Shown here: piece by piece, positions 17,618-27,328 of the stretch
Layout: every line of letters starts with the position of its first letter
How positions within the stretch are numbered: position 1 is the first letter of the stretch
Source: Gemmatimonadaceae bacterium
GTDB taxonomy: Bacteria; Gemmatimonadota; Gemmatimonadetes; Gemmatimonadales; Gemmatimonadaceae
Reading direction: 5' to 3'
Assembly: GCA_040901985.1 (NCBI GenBank)
Contig: JBBDYC010000008.1
Coordinates: 250,626 to 314,625, forward strand
Length of the DNA stretch: 64,000 nt
Made by a program: the position numbers and the translations under genes
The notes under the pieces: generated by a model
Database searches by the model: none
Told to the model about the DNA's origin: nothing
Seen by the model: the letters and a program-made list of their open reading frames with translations, nothing else

Positions 17618-18789
17618 CCCGACCTCGATACATACGCCCGCCCCTTCCACGACACCCTGCTCCCACGCCACGCCGCCTCGGCGAGGATCCACGCAAAGAC
17701 CAGCGCGCCGAGCGGATGGCTCAGCGCCCAGAGCGGATTGAGCCGCGCATAGTGGTACGTCCCCACCCAGAACACCAGGTACGCCGCCGATGAGACGATG
17801 CCGAACCAGAGCGTCGCCGCGCCCGCTACGCCGGTGAGGCCAAGGATGAGCGCGACGGTCGGCACCAGCGACACCAGCGCCGGCAGCGGGAAGATGAACG
17901 GCAAGATGCGGCTCGTGACGGGCCCCACCGGCAGCACGTCCCGTCCCGCGGCGTACACGTTCTTCCCCCACCCCCGGCGGATCTCGCCCAACGACCGGTA
18001 CATCCGCGTGCTCATCGCGTCGCGGCCGAGCACCATATGCGCCGCGAGCCCCTGCCGCGCAAGGCGCTGGGCGAGCATCAGGTCCTCGGCGACGTGCTGC
18101 CGCACCCCCTCGTGGCCACCGACCTGGTCGTACGCATCGCGCCGCATCAGGAGAAACTGGCCATTGGCGAACTTGCGCCGCGGCTTTAGCGACCGGCTCA
18201 TCGCCTCGAGGTTCCCGGTGTGCGACATCAGGATCGCGAAGACAAACGGTTGCACGACCTTCTCCCAGAACGTCACCATCTCCTGGCGGCCGACCACGCT
18301 GAACAGCGCGGCGTCGCGCGCGCGGAGCGCGTTGACGCTCCGGGCGAGGAGGTCGGCGCCGTGCGTGGTGTCGGCGTCGGTGAAGCAGAGCAGGGTACCG
18401 CGCGCCTGCATTGCCGCCGTGTGGCAGGCCCACTGCTTGCCGAACCACTCGTTGGGCAGCGGCGGCGCGTCGAGCACGCGCACCCGCCGGCCGGGATCCT
18501 CGGCGGCAATGCGTCGCGCGATGGCGCCGGTGCCGTCGGTCGAGTGGTCGTCCACGACGAACACCTCCACCGCGGGATACGTCGTGGCGAGCACGCTGCG
18601 CAGGCAGCGTTCGATGTTGTGCGCCTCGTTCCGCGCGGGGATGACCACGCTCACCAGCGGCGCGTCGGCGGGCGCCGCCGCCGGGTACTCGTCGAGCCGT
18701 CGCGACCCGAAGAAGCGGACGACGATGACGACGAGCCAGAGGATCCAAAGTCCCGACGCAAGCCAGGCCGGCCAGAGGGCGGCGGTCAT
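17614..18789 (-). CDS. membrane glycosyltransferase family 2 (CrtQ/HpnB-like)
   Basis: VIPARNE, DDHSTDGT, WFGKQWAC, FTDAD, NGQFLL, AEDL; C-terminal TMs, WKGR. Confidence 0.85.
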   Translation of the reverse strand: MTAALWPAWLASGLWILWLVVIVVRFFGSRRLDEYPAAAPADAPLVSVVIPARNEAHNIERCLRSVLATTYPAVEVFVVDDHSTDGTGAIARRIAAEDPGRRVRVLDAPPLPNEWFGKQWACHTAAMQARGTLLCFTDADTTHGADLLARSVNALRARDAALFSVVGRQEMVTFWEKVVQPFVFAILMSHTGNLEAMSRSLKPRRKFANGQFLLMRRDAYDQVGGHEGVRQHVAEDLMLAQRLARQGLAAHMVLGRDAMSTRMYRSLGEIRRGWGKNVYAAGRDVLPVGPVTSRILPFIFPLPALVSLVPTVALILGLTGVAGAATLWFGIVSSAAYLVFWVGTYHYARLNPLWALSHPLGALVFAWILAEAAWRGSRVSWKGRAYVSRSG

Positions 18790-18796
18790 TCGCGCA

Positions 18797-20041
18797 TCAC
18801 ACCTCGCGCTCGCCGCGCGCGAGGATCACCGACGCCGCCATATGCCCGGTCACGTTGGTCGTGGTGCGGAACATATCGGGGATCGTGTCCACGCCGAGCA
18901 GGATGCCGATCCCCTCGACCGGGATCCCCGCTGCCATCAGCACCGGAACCATCACGATGATCGACCCCCCCGGCACGCCCGGTACGGAGAACGAGGTGAT
19001 CAGGCTCGTCACGGCGATGGTCAGCAGTTGCGCGGTGCCGAGGTCCACGCCGTAAAGCTTGGCGATGAAGATCACGCCCACGGTCTGGCCGATCCCGGCG
19101 CCGGCGCGGAACATTGACGCGGCGAGGGGAATGAAGAAGCTCCCGATCACCGGCGGGAGCCGCAGCGTGTCCCTGACGCTCTCGAGCATCGCCGGGATCG
19201 CGGCGAGCGACGAGCGTGAACTGAAGGCGATTCCCTGCGCGGGGAGCGAGGCGCTCGCGAAGAGCCGGAACGGCACGCGGCCGAGTATGATGGCGGCAGG
19301 GTAGAGCACCAGTCCCACAAAGAGCACGCAGATGACGCTCACGATCACGATGTAGCTCGCCAGCGCGCCCGCGGCGGCGATCCCCATCCGCGCCGCCAGC
19401 GGTACTGCCAGCGCAAAGACGCCGAGCGGTGCAAAGGCGAGGATTGCGCGGACGAGCACCAGCGCGGCGTCCTGGATTCCCTCGAAGACCCGAGTCACGG
19501 CGGCGCGCCGCTCGACGCCGATGCGCGTCAGCGCCGCGGCGAACGCTACGGTGGCGACGATCACCGGGAGCATCGCCCCGTCGGCGGCGGCCTTGATCGG
19601 GTTGGCCGGCACAAGGTCCACCACCCACTGCCCGACGCTCGGCACGCGGCGCGCGCCCTCGGTGGCCATGTCCCCTGCGCTCGCCGCGCTCGCGCGCAGC
19701 GCCTCGACCGCCGTGGCGTCGAGCGGGAACGCCGCCATCAGCGGCGCGCCGAGCAGCACGCCGAACGCCGTGGCCGCCGCGAGGACGATCACGAAGAGCA
19801 CCAACGCGCGGGCGCCGATCCGCCCCACCGACCGCGGGTCGGGCGCCGACGTCACGCCGACCACCAGGCTCGCCACGACGAGCGGGATCACCGTCATCCG
19901 GATCGCATTGATGAAGAGCGCGCCGATGGGATCGAGCGCGCGGATGGTGGCGGTGGCCAGCGCGCTGTCGGAGCCGGCGAGGCCGAGCCCGAGACCGAGG
20001 CCGGCGAGGAGCGCGACGAGGACCTGAATGGTGAGCGGCAT
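18797..20041 (-). CDS. dicarboxylate/amino acid:cation symporter (DAACS)
   Basis: AFSSRSSLAAIP, GVPGG, DMFRTTTNVTG. Confidence 0.9.
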   Translation of the reverse strand: MPLTIQVLVALLAGLGLGLGLAGSDSALATATIRALDPIGALFINAIRMTVIPLVVASLVVGVTSAPDPRSVGRIGARALVLFVIVLAAATAFGVLLGAPLMAAFPLDATAVEALRASAASAGDMATEGARRVPSVGQWVVDLVPANPIKAAADGAMLPVIVATVAFAAALTRIGVERRAAVTRVFEGIQDAALVLVRAILAFAPLGVFALAVPLAARMGIAAAGALASYIVIVSVICVLFVGLVLYPAAIILGRVPFRLFASASLPAQGIAFSSRSSLAAIPAMLESVRDTLRLPPVIGSFFIPLAASMFRAGAGIGQTVGVIFIAKLYGVDLGTAQLLTIAVTSLITSFSVPGVPGGSIIVMVPVLMAAGIPVEGIGILLGVDTIPDMFRTTTNVTGHMAASVILARGEREV

Positions 20042-20109
20042 CGGGGAAAGATGATGCTTCACGGCGTCGCGCGCCGGGCATAACTTCAACCGACCCCTCT
20101 CCCCACCGT

Positions 20110-20472
20110 ATGTCCGCCAAATCCGCCGACGAACTCCTCGCCGAGGCCCGGGCCCGCATCCGCGAGGTCTCGGCCGCCGACGTGGTCAACGCCCTCAACG
20201 GCGGCTCCGCCCCGCTGCTCCTCGACGTCCGCGAGCCACGCGAGACCAATCTTGGCTGCATTGCCGGCGCACAGGTGATTCCCCTCGGCGACCTGGAGGC
20301 AAGGGTCGGGGCAATGATTTCCCGGGACGCCAACGTCGTGATCTACTGCGCGAGAGGGAACCGCTCGGCGCTCGCCGCCGACGCGATGCAGCGGATGGGC
20401 TACACGAACGTGGCCTCGATGGCCGGCGGATGGCTGGCCTGGATGGGACTCGACGGGCCGGTCGAGGGGTGA
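20110..20472 (+). CDS. rhodanese-like domain protein
   Basis: LLDVRE, YCARGNRS, MAGGWLAW. Confidence 0.9.
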   Translation: MSAKSADELLAEARARIREVSAADVVNALNGGSAPLLLDVREPRETNLGCIAGAQVIPLGDLEARVGAMISRDANVVIYCARGNRSALAADAMQRMGYTNVASMAGGWLAWMGLDGPVEG

Positions 20473-21083
20473 TGGCCGGCGCGGCCGCCCGGGCGGCATT
20501 GGCCGCCCATCGTGAACGCATCGCACGCGCGCTCGCCGCGCGTCCGGCGCGGCTCGCCGAGCGCGACGAACCCTACCACGAGGCCGCCGTCGCACTCATC
20601 CTCAGGCCGAGCGAGGCGCCGGAGGACGTCGAGCTGCTGCTCGTCCGACGCGCCGTGCGTGCCGGCGACCCGTGGAGCGGCCAGATCGGACTGCCCGGCG
20701 GACGGTTCGCGCCCGTTGACGAGTCGCTCGAGGCCACGGCCATCCGCGAGACACGCGAGGAGGTCGGCCTCGACCTGCCGGCGCGTGGTGTGGCACTCGG
20801 CGCGCTCGACGAACTGCGACCGCGCACCCCGGTCCTTCCGCCGATCATCGTGCGCCCGTTCGTCTGGGCCGTCGAGGGCGCGCCGGCGCTCGCGCCGAAC
20901 CACGAGATCGCCGAGGCGCGTTGGGTGAGGCTCGGGGACCTCTTCCGCCCGACGGCGCGGGTGCGCACCGAGGTCGAGGTCCGCGAGGTCCGGTTGAATG
21001 TTGACGCGTTCCAGCTCGGCGATTTCACTATCTGGGGGATGACCGAGCGGATCCTCACCACCTTCGAGGAGGTCTGGCGATGA
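20472..21083 (+). CDS. CoA pyrophosphatase (Nudix, NudL-like)
   Basis: WSGQIGLPGG, ATAIRETREEVG Nudix box, IWGMT. Confidence 0.88.
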   Translation: MAGAAARAALAAHRERIARALAARPARLAERDEPYHEAAVALILRPSEAPEDVELLLVRRAVRAGDPWSGQIGLPGGRFAPVDESLEATAIRETREEVGLDLPARGVALGALDELRPRTPVLPPIIVRPFVWAVEGAPALAPNHEIAEARWVRLGDLFRPTARVRTEVEVREVRLNVDAFQLGDFTIWGMTERILTTFEEVWR

Positions 21084-21715
21084 GCACGGGCTGGCGGGCG
21101 CTGGCAATCACGCTCGTGGCATTCGCGGTCGCCTCGCTCGGTGATCGGTGGGTCTTCGAGCACGCGTACCACCCGACGATCTACGATCACGACTGGGGAC
21201 GGCTGCTGCGGGTGATGGGGTTCCTTGGCACCTGGATCGCGATCGCCGTCGCGGTGGGACTGCACGAGGGGCGAGAGCCGGCGGCGCGGCCGCGCGCGCG
21301 GCGGCGGGCCTGGATCCTCTTCTGGTCGCCGGCACTCGGCGGCTCGGTGGCCGAGGTCCTCAAGATCGTGATTCGGCGCGAGCGGCCGGCGTTGCACGAC
21401 GGACTCTACGGATTCCGCCCCTGGGACGAGCGCACCTGGAGCGGGGCGGGACTCTCGTTGCCCAGCTCGCACGCCGCGGTGGCGTTCGCCGGCGCGGCGA
21501 TGCTGGCGCGCTACTATCCCCGCGCGCGATGGGTTGGCTACACGCTGGCGGTCGGCTGCGGCGCGTCTCGCGTGCTGGCACGCGCACATTTCGTCAGCGA
21601 CATCGTGCTAGCCGCCGGCATTGGTTGGCTTGTCGCGTTTCTCCTGTCGCGCCGCTGGCCGCCCGAGGGCGCGTCCAGGACGGCGGAGCGGTCCGATCCG
21701 CAGGCCGGCGGCTGA
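21080..21715 (+). CDS. PAP2-family membrane phosphatase
   Basis: KIVIRRERP, PSSH, SRVLARAHFVSD. Confidence 0.88.
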   Translation: MSTGWRALAITLVAFAVASLGDRWVFEHAYHPTIYDHDWGRLLRVMGFLGTWIAIAVAVGLHEGREPAARPRARRRAWILFWSPALGGSVAEVLKIVIRRERPALHDGLYGFRPWDERTWSGAGLSLPSSHAAVAFAGAAMLARYYPRARWVGYTLAVGCGASRVLARAHFVSDIVLAAGIGWLVAFLLSRRWPPEGASRTAERSDPQAGG

Positions 21716-21799
21716 GTCGGCGATCAGCGATGCGAGACGCGTGGCGCGCGTCTCCGACATCTTCGTCGAGACCGCCGCCCGTCGGTTCCGCACGGCGCA

Positions 21800-22149
21800 G
21801 AACCACCCCCGCGGACGGTCGGTCCGCCCACCTCGAGACTCCACGACCCGGAGAACGAGAAGGAACGAGAACGCTGCGGCGATGAGACCGACAGCCCGAC
21901 CGAAGATCGCGCCACCAGCCAGCGTCAGCGGCGTGCCGGGGAGTTCGAGCGTCGCGGCAATGGCGTACGCAAGCACGAAGGCCGGTGCCGCCCACGGCAC
22001 CGCGCGTGCCGCGCGCACGGCCTCGCCGATCCGCGCGGGATCTGCGTAGACGAGTAGCCCGGTACGATCGGCAACGAACCACGCGGCGGCGGGTTGTCGA
22101 CCGGGTCGGGCTTGGTCGGGACAAACGGGGAGATGAGCGGCTTGGTCAT
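21800..22149 (-). pseudogene. remnant of TVP38/VTT (DedA superfamily) membrane protein; boundaries approximate
   Basis: FVLAYAIAATLELPGTPLTLAGGAIFG signature; nearest ATG (22149) is out of frame and the central VTT domain is missing. Confidence 0.6.
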
Positions 22150-22154
22150 TCGGA

Positions 22155-22183
22155 GTGAACTCTTTTTCGGGACGCCGTATTGC
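22155..22183 (+). promoter_or_regulatory. ECF-type promoter copy 1 (GTGAAC-N15-CGTATTGC)
   Basis: Same spacing and boxes as the copies at 28854 and 32486; ~80 nt before reductase ATG. Confidence 0.55.
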
Positions 22184-22265
22184 TGAGACGTGCGTCGTGC
22201 ACCGAGCCAATACGTGACGCAGCCGACACGTTGCCCAATCATCCACACCGCCCGAAGCCGATTCG

Positions 22266-23696
22266 ATGTCTTCCAAGACCTATGATATCCTCGCCATTGG
22301 CGGCGGCACCGCCGGACTCGTCACGGCAGCAGGCGGCGCGGGGCTCGGCGCCAAGGTCGCGCTGATCGAGCGTCACCGGATGGGGGGAGAGTGCCTCTGG
22401 AATGGTTGCGTCCCCAGCAAGGCGCTGATTGCCGCGGCCAAGGCGGCCAAGCAGGCGCGCACCGCGCGCCGGTTCGGCGTGGAAACGGGCGACGTGAGGG
22501 TGCACCTCGATGAGGCACTCGCCCACGTGCGTCGCGTGCAGGAGAAGATTGCCCCACACGATTCCCCGGAGCGGTTCCGTGGACTCGGGGTCGATGTGTA
22601 TGAGGGGTCGGCAAGGATCGTCGCGCCCGATGCTGTTGAGGTGAACGGTGAGATGCTGCGCACGCGGCACCTGGTCATCGCCACGGGCACGCGACCGGCC
22701 GTACCGCCTATCCCGGGTCTCAGGGACGTGCCGTTCCACACGAACGAGTCGATCTTTCAAATTGAGCAGCTGCCGGGCACGTTGCTCGTGATCGGCGGCG
22801 GTTCCATCGGCACCGAGCTGGCGCAGGCCTTCGGGCGACTTGGCTCCACGGTGCACGTGATCGAGGCGCTCCCTGATTTCTTCTTCCGTGAGGACAAGGA
22901 GATCGCGGCGATGCTCCGCGAGCATCTGGAGGCTGAGGGCCTCACGTTTCATCTCGGCGCGCAGGCCAGCAATGTGCGCCAGGAAGGTGCGCGAACGGTG
23001 GTCACGATCACGCGCGCCGACGGTGGCATACAGGAGCTCACGGGGGACGCGCTCCTGGTTGCCGTGGGGCGCTCGCCGAGCATCGGGGACCTGGGACTGG
23101 AAGGAATCGGTGTGAAGACCGATCGTGGCGGCGTTGTCACGGACGGCAAGCTTCGCACGAACGTGCCGGGCGTCTGGGCGGTGGGCGATGTGGTCAGCGG
23201 CGGGCTCAAGTTCACGCACGTCGCGGACCATATGGCGCGTGGTCTCCTGCGCAACGCGCTCTTTCCGGGATCGAGCACGCTCGACTACTCCGCGGTGCCG
23301 TGGGTGACGTACACCGACCCCGAGCTGGCACACGTCGGTTTGACGGAGGCCGAGGCGCGCGAGCAATTCGGCAGTTCGATCGGTGTGTGGCGTCGGGACG
23401 TCGGCGCGGTGGATCGCGTCCTCGCCGACGGCGGACCGGCCGGGCTCGTCAAGATCGTGACCGATCGGAAGGGGCGCGTGTTGGGTGGCCACATCCTTGG
23501 TCCGCACGCGGGGGATATGATCGGCGAGCTAACCATCGCGCTGAAGCACGGGCTCACGGTCGGGCAGCTTGGCGCGGTGATCCATCCCTACCCGACGACA
23601 GCGGAAGCCATCAAGCAGGCATCGGAGCAGCGGGTAAAGGCGACGTTCAGCGGGTGGAAGAAGGCGTTGGTGCGCCGGTTGGTGCGGCGGGCGTAG
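22266..23696 (+). CDS. FAD-dependent pyridine nucleotide-disulfide oxidoreductase (mercuric reductase/LpdA-like)
   Basis: GGGTAG, GGECLWNGCVPSK redox disulfide, GGGSIG, HPYPTTAE; no MerA C-terminal Cys-Cys. Confidence 0.9.
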   Translation: MSSKTYDILAIGGGTAGLVTAAGGAGLGAKVALIERHRMGGECLWNGCVPSKALIAAAKAAKQARTARRFGVETGDVRVHLDEALAHVRRVQEKIAPHDSPERFRGLGVDVYEGSARIVAPDAVEVNGEMLRTRHLVIATGTRPAVPPIPGLRDVPFHTNESIFQIEQLPGTLLVIGGGSIGTELAQAFGRLGSTVHVIEALPDFFFREDKEIAAMLREHLEAEGLTFHLGAQASNVRQEGARTVVTITRADGGIQELTGDALLVAVGRSPSIGDLGLEGIGVKTDRGGVVTDGKLRTNVPGVWAVGDVVSGGLKFTHVADHMARGLLRNALFPGSSTLDYSAVPWVTYTDPELAHVGLTEAEAREQFGSSIGVWRRDVGAVDRVLADGGPAGLVKIVTDRKGRVLGGHILGPHAGDMIGELTIALKHGLTVGQLGAVIHPYPTTAEAIKQASEQRVKATFSGWKKALVRRLVRRA

Positions 23697-23721
23697 GCGC
23701 ATGAGCGGAATCGAGCGACGT

Positions 23722-24537
23722 TCACAGCGACTCCTCCGAGAGTTCCAGAGTGGGGCCGATACGTTGCAGGACGCCCTCGCGGACCGGCGTCCAGGGCTCG
23801 TCGGTCGTGATCGGCTCGGAGGCGAACACCACTGCCCGGTAGTTCGACGGCGGTGTGCCCTCCACGTGCAGGGCGCCGGCGCACACCTGGCAGGCGTGCA
23901 CCTCCTCGCGCTCCACATACCAGAGTGAGCGGCCGCATCGCGAGACCACGGATTCGGCGCCATCGGTCACGACCATGTTGAGCGCCAACTCCGCGGCGGA
24001 ATCTGCGGACCGCGACCACGCGGTCACGGCGTTGACGACCGTGCGCACCGCGTGCACGATGCCCCGCTCCGGCCGCCGCGCGAGTTCCGAAAGTGCTAAA
24101 TGAAAGACGTGTTCACTGTCGGTGTCTCCACGCGGGAGGTCGCGGAAGGCCGGCTGCATCGCGGCGAGTACGCGGTCGCGGATGAGCGGAAAGGCACCGA
24201 CGGTCCCGTTGTGCGCGAACAGCCACCGATCCACCTGGAACGGGTGCGTGTTCTCGGCGCGGCGGATGCCGATTGTCGCACTGCGGACGTGCGCGAGCGC
24301 GTTGGTCGTGAAGGCCTCGGCAGCGGCCCAGCGGAACTGCTCGCTATTTACGGCCGCGACAGGCTGGCGCGTCAAAAACGGGGCGAGGTCCGCGTAGTGC
24401 CCGAGTCCCCAGCCGTCGGGGTGCACCAGTCCCTCGGCGTCACCCGTGCTTTGCCGCAGCAGGGAGTTCTGCGCCGCGATGAGCTCGCACTCGATCTTGC
24501 GACGATGGCTCGAGCGAAAGGTGTAGAGGCGGCACAT
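23722..24537 (-). CDS. class II glutamine amidotransferase (Ntn hydrolase, EgtC/YafJ-like)
   Basis: MCRL N-terminal Cys, HPDGWG, AHVRSAT, NTHPF, HNG, GDTDSE, FASEP. Confidence 0.88.
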   Translation of the reverse strand: MCRLYTFRSSHRRKIECELIAAQNSLLRQSTGDAEGLVHPDGWGLGHYADLAPFLTRQPVAAVNSEQFRWAAAEAFTTNALAHVRSATIGIRRAENTHPFQVDRWLFAHNGTVGAFPLIRDRVLAAMQPAFRDLPRGDTDSEHVFHLALSELARRPERGIVHAVRTVVNAVTAWSRSADSAAELALNMVVTDGAESVVSRCGRSLWYVEREEVHACQVCAGALHVEGTPPSNYRAVVFASEPITTDEPWTPVREGVLQRIGPTLELSEESL

Positions 24538-24538
24538 C

Positions 24539-25321
24539 CTATTCCGCCGGCGCCAGCGCGTCACCGCCTACGTAGCGGGTGGCCCACCCCGCAATGACGT
24601 CGGCGGCGAACTGGGCGTCGGACTCTCGCGTGAGCAAGTGATCGGCCCCGTCGAGTGACACGAATGAGCGCGGGTGCTGCGCCGCCTCAAAGATGGCCTT
24701 GGCCTCGCGCACATTCACCACGCGGTCGTCAGGGGCGTGCATCACGAGGAGCGGCCGCCCGAGTGCGCGAATGCGTGCCGCCGGCTCCTGGGCCTCAAGG
24801 TCGTCGACGAACGCCTGGGTGATGGTGAACGGCCGCCCAGCGAGCGAGACTGTCGCCCGCCCCTCCTCCGCGATCCGCGCGAGCGCCTCGTGAAAGTGCT
24901 GGGCAACGTGCGCTGGATTGAATGGCGCACCGATGGTGACAATGGCCTTGCAGTCCTTGATGTCGCCGGCGGCGGCAAGCACCGCGGCGCCCCCCAGCGA
25001 GTGCCCGATCAGTAGTGCGGGGACTCCGTACGAGGCCCGGAGCCAGCCCGCCGCTGCCTGGACGTCAGCGACGTTCGATGAGAAATCCGTGTCGGCAAAG
25101 TCCCCCTCACTCGCGCCGAGTCCCGTGAAATCGAAGCGCAGCACACCGAAGCCGTGCTGCGCCAACGCCCGCGCGATGAACGCCGCCGCCTTGCTCTCCT
25201 TGGAGCAGGTGAAGCAGTGGGCGATGATCGCGCAGGCGATGGGAGCTTCGCCAGCCGTATCGAGGCGTGCGGCGAGGGTCGCGCCGCGACTCCCTGGGAA
25301 CGTGACGGGTGTGGATGGCAT
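24539..25321 (-). CDS. alpha/beta hydrolase (type often fused to OsmC; no OsmC domain here)
   Basis: AHCFTCSK, RFDFTGLG, GHSLGG, SLDGADHLL. Confidence 0.88.
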   Translation of the reverse strand: MPSTPVTFPGSRGATLAARLDTAGEAPIACAIIAHCFTCSKESKAAAFIARALAQHGFGVLRFDFTGLGASEGDFADTDFSSNVADVQAAAGWLRASYGVPALLIGHSLGGAAVLAAAGDIKDCKAIVTIGAPFNPAHVAQHFHEALARIAEEGRATVSLAGRPFTITQAFVDDLEAQEPAARIRALGRPLLVMHAPDDRVVNVREAKAIFEAAQHPRSFVSLDGADHLLTRESDAQFAADVIAGWATRYVGGDALAPAE

Positions 25322-25348
25322 ACGGGTGCGAGGCGAACGCCGGCGCGT

Positions 25349-26230
25349 TCAGTGATGGTGCGGGGCGAGGGTCGTCGGAATGTGCGGTGACTCGAGGCCA
25401 CCCGCCTCGATCCATCGCGCGGTGGTCCCGTACGCGGCCTCGATGAGTGCAGGCGAGTGCGTGAAGTCGTACGAACTGACCGGCATCGGGCAGATGGGCG
25501 GTACGACCGCGACGGGAAGTCGTGCGCTCCACGTCTGTGCCTCGGTCGCCAGCTGACGCGAGAGCAGGATGCCAACCATCCGCAATGCCATTGCCAGCAC
25601 GCTCCGCGGTGGTTCCTGGGCCGCACACCCAAAGCCGGTGGGCAGGACGATCAATCGCGTTGCACCCAGCGTGACTGCCGCAGTCAGCGCCGAGTGGCGT
25701 GCGAGCGCGCCGTCCACGAGCTGCCGATCCCCGATGCGTACAGGGGGAAATAGTCCCGGAATGGCGGCGCTCGCAACAACGGCGTCTGATGCGACGCCCT
25801 CCGTCAGCACGACCTCCTCGCCATCGCGCAAGTCAGCGGCCACCACGGCAATCGGGAGCACGGTGTCCTGCAACTCCTTGACGACGAGCCGAGTCGCGAG
25901 GAGCCGCCGGAGCCGCGCCGGATCCACGATGTGCGTGCGTCGACCGATCAGGGCGCGCAGCCAGGCGAGCGGGAGGTTGGGATAGATGCCATCCTCGGCG
26001 AGCCCACGCCAGATGGCGGCCATTCGCGCGACGCCATCCGAGGTCGGATCGCTTGCGAAGAAGAGTCCATTCAGTGCACCCACCGAGGTGCCGACGATGA
26101 AATCCGGGCGAACGCCGGCGCCGACGAGCGCCTGCAGCATCCCGACCTGCACAGCCCCGTGACTGCCCCCGCCCGCGAGTACGAAGGCCGTTCCGTGAAA
26201 GCGCGATGGAGGGAGGGGCACGGACTTCAC
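25349..26230 (-). CDS. patatin-like phospholipase
   Basis: GGGSHG, GTSVG, DGA motifs; GTG 26230 preceded by GGAGG. Confidence 0.88.
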   Translation of the reverse strand: MKSVPLPPSRFHGTAFVLAGGGSHGAVQVGMLQALVGAGVRPDFIVGTSVGALNGLFFASDPTSDGVARMAAIWRGLAEDGIYPNLPLAWLRALIGRRTHIVDPARLRRLLATRLVVKELQDTVLPIAVVAADLRDGEEVVLTEGVASDAVVASAAIPGLFPPVRIGDRQLVDGALARHSALTAAVTLGATRLIVLPTGFGCAAQEPPRSVLAMALRMVGILLSRQLATEAQTWSARLPVAVVPPICPMPVSSYDFTHSPALIEAAYGTTARWIEAGGLESPHIPTTLAPHHH

Positions 26231-26288
26231 CCCTTCCTCCATCGCCAGTGATGCTTTCACGGTCCTTCTCCCGTGCGGCGTGGTGCGC

Positions 26289-26702
26289 TCACGCGTGCAC
26301 CTGCCCCACCACGAACCGGGTATCGAGGTCTCGCAACAGGTAAAGCGCCGCGCAGGCCGCGAGCATCGGCCACGCGGCAAAGAACAGCAGGTTCTTGAAC
26401 GGATCGAGGTACTGCTGATACGAAGACAGCGTGGAGCCGAAATGCAGGAGCAACACTGCCCCGTACGTAAAGCGCTTGGCGACACCGAGCACGAAGGCGA
26501 CGATCAGCACCAGTTCGAGTCCACCGATGATGAGGAACGTCGACGCGCTGAGTCCGCCAAGGCCATAGAAGTTCTCGAAGACCCGCGCGGCGTGCGCGGG
26601 CTGAACAAACTTGTCGAGTGTCCACATCAGCATCGTGATGAAGACGCCGAGCCGGAGCCAGAGCAGCGCCAGCGAGATTCGCGCCTCGTCGGGCGAAGTC
26701 AC
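26289..26702 (-). CDS. DoxX-like membrane protein
   Basis: Four TMs; LRLGVFITMLMWTLDK, NLLFFAAWPML; GTG overlaps upstream TGA. Confidence 0.75.
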   Translation of the reverse strand: MTSPDEARISLALLWLRLGVFITMLMWTLDKFVQPAHAARVFENFYGLGGLSASTFLIIGGLELVLIVAFVLGVAKRFTYGAVLLLHFGSTLSSYQQYLDPFKNLLFFAAWPMLAACAALYLLRDLDTRFVVGQVHA

Positions 26703-27328
26703 GCCGCGCTCGGCACGGAGGCCCCGGAAGCGATGCCTGGCACGCCTGGGGTCCAGGCCCAATCAAGGAATGGCGCATCCACGGGCGTGTTGAACAGATG
26801 GTTGGCGTAGTTGCTGATCGTCTTCACGCCGATGGCGAGGACGATGGAGAGCACGTGTCGCTCGGTGTAGCCGGCGGCGAGGAACGAAGCGAGATCGTTG
26901 CCGCTGGGGTGTCCGCGCTCCTGGACCATCACGCGGGTGAACGCCGCGAGGGCGGCGAGGCGCGGGTCGGTCCCGTTGCCGCCCAGCCGAATGGCGTGTA
27001 CGGTGTCACGCGGGACACGCGATGGACCCGCAGCGAGGGTGCTGTGCGCCGCGATGCAGTATGCGCACTCGTTCTCGTGCGAGATCGCGAGAAGGACCAC
27101 TTCCTGCTCGGCTGGCGTGAAGCCGCCCTCGGCGCGGAACTGCTGGTATCCCTCGGCATACGTGGTGAGAAGTCCCGGAAGCTGCGCCATGTTGCGGTAC
27201 ATATTCGGAATCATCCCCATCTTCTCCTGCGCGCCGCTGAGTACGGCGGCGGCCTCGGGGGCAGCGGTCTCCGGCGTAAGTGGGGGCAGCGTGAGGTGGG
27301 GCGACTGGTGCTGCGGGGCATTCGACAT
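26699..27328 (-). CDS. AhpD/carboxymuconolactone decarboxylase family peroxidase-like protein
   Basis: GMIPNMY, ENECAYCIAAH, KTISNYANH. Confidence 0.88.
   Translation of the reverse strand: MSNAPQHQSPHLTLPPLTPETAAPEAAAVLSGAQEKMGMIPNMYRNMAQLPGLLTTYAEGYQQFRAEGGFTPAEQEVVLLAISHENECAYCIAAHSTLAAGPSRVPRDTVHAIRLGGNGTDPRLAALAAFTRVMVQERGHPSGNDLASFLAAGYTERHVLSIVLAIGVKTISNYANHLFNTPVDAPFLDWAWTPGVPGIASGASVPSAA

Noticed and set aside
22266..23696. Mercury resistance (merA)
   Set aside because: No C-terminal Cys-Cys pair, no NmerA domain, no merR/T/P nearby
23722..24537. Ergothioneine biosynthesis (egtC)
   Set aside because: No egtA/B/D in the window; only family-level similarity
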